DNA of 5,569 nucleotides from Candidatus Saccharimonadota bacterium (GTDB taxonomy: Bacteria; Pseudomonadota; Gammaproteobacteria; Enterobacterales; Enterobacteriaceae): positions 1 through 5,569 of the forward strand of contig CP144770.1 of assembly GCA_036689235.1 (NCBI GenBank), given 5' to 3'. Numbering within the stretch: position 1 is the stretch's first letter; the number at the start of each line of letters is the position of its first letter. Of the stretch, positions 1-5,462 are shown in pieces. The notes under the pieces were generated by a model. That model was given only the letters and a program-made list of their open reading frames with translations. It did no database searches and was not told the DNA's origin. The position numbers and the translations under genes were made by a program.

Positions 1-198
1 ATATATATATATTTTATATTACTTTTTTTTTTAAATTATTTTCTAAAAAATATAATAAATAAAAAATAAAATAATAAAATAATTAAAAAAAATTTAATAA
101 AATAATTAATAATTTATAAATAAAAATTTATTATAAAAATATTTGTATATATAAAATTTAATAAAATTATAAATTATAAAAAAAATAAAAATAAAAAT
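1..198. other. Non-coding leader upstream of repA containing only 3 G/C in 198 bp; candidate origin or repA control region
   Basis: Counted directly: the only non-A/T bases are c22, c43 and g145. The single G sits in TTGTAT (143-148), a -35-like hexamer about 50 nt upstream of the repA ATG. A 15-nt string TAATAAAATAATTAA occurs twice (72-86 and 95-109, 23-bp spacing). (AT)6 lies at 1-12. No ORF is present under either code. Confidence 0.4.
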
Positions 199-230
199 AT
201 GAATAATAAAAAAAATAAAAATAAAAATAT
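176..230. repeat. Perfect 25-bp direct repeat x2 (176-200 and 206-230, 30-bp period) straddling the repA start codon
   Basis: ATAAAAAAAATAAAAATAAAAATAT is read identically at 176-200 and 206-230. The repA ATG (199-201) overlaps the end of copy 1, and copy 2 encodes part of the N-terminal KKNKNKNI. Both copies contain the 18-nt core AAAAAAAATAAAAATAAA. Confidence 0.8.
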
Positions 231-981
231 TGGATATGCAAATAATTTTTTAACTAGTATATTAATACCATATTCAAATATATCTAAATATTATTTTGAA
301 AGAACTAATAAAAATAGTTCTTTAAAAATTATTTCTGATCCAAATTATGGATTACCATACGGTAAAATACCAAGAATATTAATGATATGATTATGTACTG
401 AAGTTATATTAAAAAAATCTCCAAAAATATATTTAGGAAAAACTCAAAATGAATTTTTTAAAAAATTAGGTTTTATACCTACTAGCGGAAAAAATGGTTC
501 AATAAATAGAATAAAAAATCAGGTTATAAGATTATTTAATTCTAAAATATCAATTATATATAAAAAAAAAAATTTGTATAAATTTAAAAATTTAAATATT
601 ATAAATAATGCTATTTTATTTTGAAAAAAAAGTAATACATTTTGAAAAAATAATATTTTATTATCTAAACAATTTTATGAAAATATAAAAAATAATTCTA
701 TAAAAATAAATTTAAAAATAATAAAAAATACAAGATCATCACTTACTTTAGATATATATATTTGATTAATATGAAAAATTAAAATATTAAAAACAAAAAA
801 ATCTATTACAATATCTTGAAGAAAAATTGAAATACAATTTAGTTTTAGTAATAAAAATTCTAATAAAAAATTATATAATTTTAAAACAAAATTTATAAAA
901 GAATTAAAATATTTTTTTTCATATTACCCAAAAATTAATATAACTTTTTTAAAAAAAGGATTAATAATTAAAAAAAAATAA
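199..981 (+). CDS. repA: Plasmid replication initiator, RepA_C type (Pfam PF04796-like), 260 aa under translation table 4
   Basis: ATG 199 is the first ATG after the in-frame TAA at 121-123. The frame stays open to TAA 979-981 if six in-frame TGA codons (388, 622, 643, 763, 772, 817) are read as Trp. The product contains GLPYGKIPRILMIWLCTEVILKKSPKIYLGKTQNEFFKKLGFIPTSGKNGSINRIKNQVIRLF, then LFW..TFW, then SSLTLDIYIWLIWK and ITISWRKIEIQF. From memory this follows the RepA_C pattern (LPYG..PRLLL.WL.TEA...I.LG.S..EF...LG..TGG..G...R...Q..RLF ... SPLALDLY.WLTYR ... IPW..L..QFG). The TGA codons fall on the conserved Trp positions. The 63-aa ORF in the supplied track is only the N-terminal fragment. 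Confidence 0.85.
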
Positions 982-998
982 AAATAAATTATTATATA
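971..998. repeat. 28-bp direct repeat, copy 1 (partner at 1106-1133); overlaps the repA stop codon
   Basis: AAAAAAAATAAAAATAAATTATTATATA is read identically at 971-998 and 1106-1133 (135-bp spacing). It shares the 18-nt core AAAAAAAATAAAAATAAA with the repeats at 176-230. Confidence 0.8.
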
Positions 999-1075
999 AT
1001 AATAACATATTAATTATATACTAATATCACATTTCCAATTAAAATTAAAGTTAAATTAATAAATCAAATCCAATT

Positions 1076-1100
1076 CAAAAACAAAACCAAAACCAAAAAT
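1076..1100 (+). repeat. Phased A-tract / CCAAAA-like micro-repeat (CAAAAACAAAACCAAAACCAAAAAT)
   Basis: A5, A4, A4 and A5 tracts are separated by C or CC at roughly 6-nt spacing. This lies inside a strongly strand-skewed stretch (1021-1100) where I counted 14 C and 1 G, between the two 28-bp repeats. Confidence 0.6.
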
Positions 1101-1105
1101 AAAAG

Positions 1106-1133
1106 AAAAAAAATAAAAATAAATTATTATATA
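1106..1133. repeat. 28-bp direct repeat, copy 2 (partner at 971-998)
   Basis: Identical 28-mer, flanked by mismatches on both sides (g1105 vs a970; c1134 vs a999). Confidence 0.8.
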
Positions 1134-1172
1134 CATTATAATAAAAACCAAATTTATAAAATATAAATAAAG

Positions 1173-1202
1173 TTAACTTTTATTTTTTTTTTATGATATA
1201 AT
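1173..1202 (+). promoter_or_regulatory. Candidate sigma70-type promoter for the polygalacturonase gene (TTAACT - 18 bp - TGaTATAAT)
   Basis: A consensus TATAAT lies at 1197-1202, preceded by an extended -10 TG at 1194-1195. The -35-like TTAACT at 1173-1178 matches TTGACA at 4 of 6 positions. This would give a 5' UTR of about 65-70 nt. TATAAT-like strings are common in DNA this AT-rich, so the call is weak. Confidence 0.3.
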
Positions 1203-1266
1203 TATTTTAATTTTTAAATATTTAAATTTTTATGTTTTAATACTTACTTTATTAAACAATTTATAT

Positions 1267-1270
1267 AGGA
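1267..1270 (+). promoter_or_regulatory. Shine-Dalgarno element (AGGA) 5 nt upstream of the polygalacturonase ATG
   Basis: The sequence is tatAGGAtttttATG. None of the other three genes has any purine-rich G-containing motif in the 20 nt before its ATG. Confidence 0.7.
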
Positions 1271-1275
1271 TTTTT

Positions 1276-1335
1276 ATGAAAAAAAGTATATATTTAATTT
1301 TAATGAGTATTTTATTTATAAATACAGCTATAGCT
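1276..1335 (+). other. Sec-type signal peptide of the polygalacturonase (predicted cleavage AIA|SG after residue 20)
   Basis: MKKSIYLILMSILFINTAIA has a basic N-region (KK), a hydrophobic core and an A-x-A cleavage motif. The mature N-terminus SGDTRNIKEP..PSSC lines up with the mature start of PehA as I recall it (SDSRTVSEPKTPSSC). Confidence 0.8.
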
Positions 1336-2517
1336 TCTGGAGATACACGTAATATAAAAGAACCTATAATTCCTTCAAGTTGTATAGTTTTAAAAGCTAA
1401 TAATAAAAATAATACTAATGAAATTCAAAAATCAATAGATACTTGTGCTAAACAAAATAAATTAGTTGAATTAAAATCTGATAATAAAAATTTTCATTTC
1501 TATTCAGGTCCAATAAATATACCTTCTAATGGTGGATTATTAATTAATAAAGGAACTATATTATCTGCTATACCCGATCCTAAATTATATGACAATGGAA
1601 ATAACAAATGTGGTAAATTAGACAATTCAGGTAAATCATGTAAACCTTTTATAATTATAAATAATTCTGAAAATAATGGAATATATGGTGAAGGAATTAT
1701 TGATGGTCAAGGTAATTCAATAATGAAAGGTAGTAATAAAACATGGTGGAATTTAGCTAGTGAAGCTCAAAAAAAAAATCAGTCACAAAATGTTCCAAGA
1801 TTAATAATAATAAAAAATTCAAAAAATTTTACTCTTTATAAAATATCATTAAAAAATTCACCTAACTTTCATGTTTCAACAAATAATGTTAATGGACTTA
1901 CAGTATGGAATATAAATATAAATACTCCTGCTGATGCCCGTAATACTGATGGAATAGATCCAGGTTCATCAACTAATGTAACTATAGCCCATTCATATAT
2001 TAGTACTGGAGATGATAATGTAGCTATAAAAGCTTCTAATGGACCTACATCATATGTATCAATATTAAATAATAATTTTGGTAAAGGACATGGAATGTCA
2101 ATAGGTAGCGAAACATTAGGTAAAGTAAATAATATTTTAGTAGATGGTTTGTCAATGAATGGAACAACTAGCGGTTTACGTATTAAAAGTGATATATCAA
2201 AAGGTGGTTTAGTAAATCTAATTACATATAAAAATATATGTATAAAAGATGTAAAAAATCCTATATATATAGATATGTTTTATAATAAAAGTGCTAAAGG
2301 AAATAAAATACCTGAATTTAAAAATATAAATTTTGATTCAGTAAAAATATTAACACCAGGTAATTTTATTTTTAATGGTATAAAAGGAAATAATATTGAA
2401 GTTATATTTTCTAATGTAAGTATAAAAAAAGGCTCTACAATAGTAATGAATAATGTTACTTCTAAAGGTAAATTAGAAGAAAATGCTACTGGAAATATTT
2501 GTCCTACAAGAAAATAA
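1276..2517 (+). CDS. pehA: Secreted endo-polygalacturonase, glycoside hydrolase family 28 (enterobacterial PehA/Peh-1 type), 413 aa
   Basis: The ORF is intact under both code 11 and code 4. All GH28 signature blocks are present: ARNTDGIDP (D225), STGDDNVAIK (D246/D247), GKGHGMSIGSE (H272) and GLRIKS (R302/K304). Long collinear similarity, recalled from memory, to Pectobacterium carotovorum PehA includes EP..PSSC..LKA, FYSGPI.IPS, NSGIYG.G.IDGQG, WW.LA, PRLI.I.KSKNFTLY..SL.NSPNFHV, NGTT.GLRIKSD and PI.ID. There is an N-terminal signal peptide and an AGGA RBS. Confidence 0.97.
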   Translation: MKKSIYLILMSILFINTAIASGDTRNIKEPIIPSSCIVLKANNKNNTNEIQKSIDTCAKQNKLVELKSDNKNFHFYSGPINIPSNGGLLINKGTILSAIPDPKLYDNGNNKCGKLDNSGKSCKPFIIINNSENNGIYGEGIIDGQGNSIMKGSNKTWWNLASEAQKKNQSQNVPRLIIIKNSKNFTLYKISLKNSPNFHVSTNNVNGLTVWNININTPADARNTDGIDPGSSTNVTIAHSYISTGDDNVAIKASNGPTSYVSILNNNFGKGHGMSIGSETLGKVNNILVDGLSMNGTTSGLRIKSDISKGGLVNLITYKNICIKDVKNPIYIDMFYNKSAKGNKIPEFKNINFDSVKILTPGNFIFNGIKGNNIEVIFSNVSIKKGSTIVMNNVTSKGKLEENATGNICPTRK

Positions 2518-2571
2518 AATAATAAAATAAATAAACAAATTCTTTAAAGAAAAAGATTAAATAAAGTAAGT

Positions 2572-2605
2572 AAATACCTTAAATCTTTTAAGATTTAAGG
2601 TATTT
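2572..2605. terminator. Bidirectional rho-independent terminator shared by the convergent polygalacturonase gene and the minus-strand ORF
   Basis: AAATACCTTAAATCT (2572-2586), a TTTA loop, and AGATTTAAGGTATTT (2591-2605) form a perfect 15-bp stem that I checked pair by pair (3 G:C pairs). T residues follow on the + strand and a T-rich run follows on the - strand. It lies 55 nt after the PG stop (2515-2517) and 9 nt from the minus-ORF stop (2615-2617). Confidence 0.75.
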
Positions 2606-2614
2606 TAAAAAAAA

Positions 2615-3424
2615 TTAAAGATATTTTATTGAAGTTTGTCTTATTCCATTTTTACAAAAAATAATAGAATCTATTTTATATATTTTTTTTTTATTTATTA
2701 AATTATTTTTATATAAATAATATTTTTTAGGTGTTACTCATCAACTTATTTTTCTTCTTTGAAAAAAACATAACATATATCCAATATTACTAATATTATT
2801 TATTTCACTTAATAATATAGAAATATTTTTATTTAAAATACAATTAATAAATTGTAATGTTTTATTACTAAATTTAAATTTTTTTATATATAAAGAAATT
2901 AATAAAAAAATTTTATTTTTATAAAAAATTTTAAATAAATTAAATATTTTAAATAAAATAATATTATTTGGAAAACCTAAAATATTTGGATAATTAATAA
3001 AAATTATTTTATCTAATTTATTTAATTTATTTAAATTATAAAAAAATTTTTTATAAAAACTATATCATTTGTAAATATTAGAACACTGATAATTAATATT
3101 TATAAAAACTTTAATTTTTAAAATATTTTTTATATAATTATATATATTATTAATATAATTTATATAATATAAAATATTAATTTTTTTAAAATTATAAAAT
3201 TTAAAATTTAAAGTTAAATTAATATTATTTTTAAAACATATTTTAATTAAATTTAAAAAAAAAATATTATTTATATCTTCATTATATTTTAATAATATTT
3301 TTATATTATTTATATATTTTATATAATTTATAATTTTTTTAAATTTTATTTTTTTATATAAATTATAAATATTTATACCTCTTATAACAGGTAAAATATT
3401 TTTTTTTTTTAATATTTTCTTCAT
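2615..3424 (-). CDS. Hypothetical protein, 269 aa under translation table 4; no family assignable by eye
   Basis: The track ORF 3065-3424 ends at a TGA (+ strand tca 3065-3067). Read as Trp, the frame continues with no TAA or TAG for another 150 codons to TAA (+ strand tta 2615-2617), passing two more TGA codons at 2741-2743 and 2738-2740 (ISWWVTP). I checked every triplet of the extension. An 810-nt open frame is very unlikely by chance in DNA this AT-rich. The start is ATG at 3424-3422, bounded upstream by an in-frame TAA, with no SD. The protein is dominated by I/K/N/F/Y/L, which limits recognition. Confidence 0.55.
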
Positions 3425-3482
3425 ACATATATTTTATTATAATTAAATATTAAATAATAATATTATTAATAATAAAATAAAT
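3425..3482. promoter_or_regulatory. 58-bp divergent intergenic region, presumed to hold the promoters of the minus-strand ORF and the GH67 gene
   Basis: It is the only space between two divergently oriented start codons (3424 and 3483). It contains TATAAT at 3438-3443 (40 nt before ATG 3483) and a 14-bp palindrome TAATAATATTATTA at 3455-3468. No element is individually convincing in this composition. Confidence 0.3.
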
Positions 3483-5462
3483 ATGATAAAAAAAAATTTT
3501 TCAAAATGTTGAATAAAAAATAAAAATATAAATAAAAATAAAATATACAAAATATTTAAAAATATTTATATAAAAAAAAAATATAATTTTATAAAAAATG
3601 AAATAATTTATTTAATAGGAAAAGAAAAAATAAAATTTAAAAATAGAATTAAAGATTCCAAACTTATATTTTTAACAAATAAAAACTTAAAAAATGAAGA
3701 ATTTATAATTAAAAATATAAAAAATAAAATATTTATTTTTTCCAAAAATAAAAATGGATTTTTATATTCTATATATCATTTATTAGAAATTATAAAATTA
3801 AAAAAAATAAATAAAAAAAATATTTACATATATGAAAAACCCAATATAAAATTAAGAATTATACAACATCTAGATAATTTAGATGGATCAATAGATAAAG
3901 GATATTCTGGAAATTCAATTTTCTTTTTTAAAAATAATATTAATTATAATTTTAATAGAATAATATATTATTGTAGACTATTATGTAGTATTAAAATAAA
4001 TAATATATGTATTAACAATTTTGATGTAAATATACCATCAACTTTTTTAATAACAAAAAATTGATTAATTCAATTATATGAAATATATAAAATATTATAT
4101 AAATATAATATTAAAATGTTTATATCAGTTAATTATCAAAGTCCTTTGATATTAGGTAAATTAAATACATTTGATCCATTAAATAAAAAAGTTATAAAAT
4201 GATGAGAAAATAAAATAGAAGAAATATATTCATACATACCTAAACTTGGAGGAATATTAATAAAAACAGATTCAAAATATAATAAAGGACCTTTATATTA
4301 TAAAAGAAATCACATAGAAGGATGTAAAAATATAGCAAAAAATTTAAAATATTTTAAAGGAATTTTAATATGAAAATGTGATATATATAAAAAACAAAAT
4401 TGAAGAAATAAGAATAAAGATAAAATATTAAATAATTATAAATATTTTAGTAAATTAAATAATAAATTACCAAATAATTTAATTTTACAAATTAATAATC
4501 CTATAGGATATCAAATAAGAGAACCAGTATCTCCTTTATTAGGAAGTATGAATAATACATCTCAAATATTAGAATTACAGATGAATCAAGAATTTACTGG
4601 ACAACAAATAGATTTATGTTGATTACCACCTCAATGAAAAAATATACTTAATTTTGATACACATTATTATAAAAATAAAAAATCTAAAATAAAAAAAATA
4701 ATTTCAGGAAAATTACATAAAAATAATAAATACTATGGAATATCAGTAATTTCTAATATAGGAAATAATTATTATTGAACTAAAAATTATTTATCACAAT
4801 GTAATATATTTAGTTATGGAAAAATATTATGAAATTTAAATATTAATTTAAATAATTTATTAAAAGATTGAATTAAATTATCATTAAGTAACAATAATAA
4901 AATAATAAAAAAAATAAGAAAAATAATTTTTAATAGCTGAAAAAATTATGAAAGATACACTACACCATTAGGATTAGGAGGTATGGTAGATCCAAAATCA
5001 AATTATAAATGTAATATAGATGGATACGAATATATAAATTCAGGTATATATCATAATTCAAATAGATATAGTATAGGATATAATAGAACTTTAAGTGGAT
5101 CAAAATTTACAAAACAATATTTAAATAAAAATTTTATAAAATTTAATAATATAAATAAATGCCCAGAAGATTTAATATTATTTTTTCATAATTTATCATA
5201 TAGTCATTTTTTAAAAAAATATAAATGTTCAATAATACAATATATATATAATTCTCATTTTAAAGGTGTTAAAAATATATATAAATGAATAAAATTATGA
5301 AAAAAAACAAAATTTTATATAAATAAAAATATATTTAAAAATGTTAAAAAAAAACTAAAGAAACAATTTAAAAATTCTATTGAATGAAGAGATAAAATAA
5401 ATACATATTTTTATAGAAAATCAGGTATAAAAGATAAATTTAATAGAAAAATATATGAATAA
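3483..5462 (+). CDS. aguA: GH67 alpha-glucuronidase homolog, 659 aa under translation table 4; the active site appears degenerate (see findings)
   Basis: From ATG 3483 to TAA 5460-5462 the frame is open when 15 in-frame TGA codons are read as Trp (3510, 4062, 4200, 4203, 4371, 4401, 4620, 4635, 4776, 4830, 4869, 4938, 5286, 5298, 5385). I translated codon by codon. It is collinear with Geobacillus stearothermophilus AguA as I recall it: LRIIQHLDNLDGSIDKGYSGNSIFF vs [39 protein letters not shown] vs YIPDFGGFVVKADS; IREPVSPLLGSM vs VREPVSPLFGAM; NQEFTGQQ vs TQEYTGQQ; PPQWKNILNFDT vs IPQWKEVLDFDT; SWKNYERYTTPLGLGGMV vs SWRIYENYTSPLGVGWMV; CPEDLILFFH vs CPDELLLFFH; and the C-terminus [26 protein letters not shown] vs [26 protein letters not shown]. 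At least 11 of the 15 TGA codons align with Trp in that enzyme. There is no signal peptide. The 101-aa track ORF 4983-5288 is an internal fragment. Confidence 0.92.

Noticed and set aside
72-109. TAATAAAATAATTAA x2 at 23-bp spacing as iterons
   Set aside because: There are only two copies of a 15-mer in a region that is about 98% A/T. This is plausible but not separable from chance, so I noted it under the leader feature and did not promote it to a finding.
199-390. The 63-aa ORF of the supplied track considered as a stand-alone small gene
   Set aside because: It ends at a TGA that falls on the conserved Trp of the RepA_C L.W..TE motif, and the frame continues open to 981. It is the N-terminal fragment of repA under code 4.
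1020-1032. A DnaA-box-like string near ctaatatcacatt
   Set aside because: TATCACA lacks one C relative to TTATCCACA and does not align without a gap. I saw no acceptable DnaA box anywhere in the window.
2541-2550. TCTTTAAAGA palindrome just after the PG stop as a regulatory hairpin
   Set aside because: It has 5-bp arms with no loop and cannot fold. The real hairpin is the 15-bp stem at 2572-2605.
2615-3424. Assigning the minus-strand ORF to GH10 xylanase (IIFINYPN vs NDYN; ILLSEIN vs ITELD), an SDR such as KduD, or TrpA
   Set aside because: The motif resemblances are isolated and the spacing between them is wrong. The acid/base WDVVNE block, the glycine-rich nucleotide fold and other hallmarks are absent, and the length does not fit GH10. 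These are treated as noise from biased composition.
3455-3468. 14-bp palindrome TAATAATATTATTA in the divergent intergenic region as an operator
   Set aside because: It is pure A/T and short. Comparable palindromes occur throughout the window, so it cannot be distinguished from background.
4983-5288. The 101-aa ORF of the supplied track considered as a stand-alone gene
   Set aside because: It is in the same frame as ATG 3483 (offset 1500 nt). It begins at an internal Met (GLGGMVDP) of the GH67 homolog and ends at a TGA = Trp, so it is an internal fragment of the 659-aa gene.
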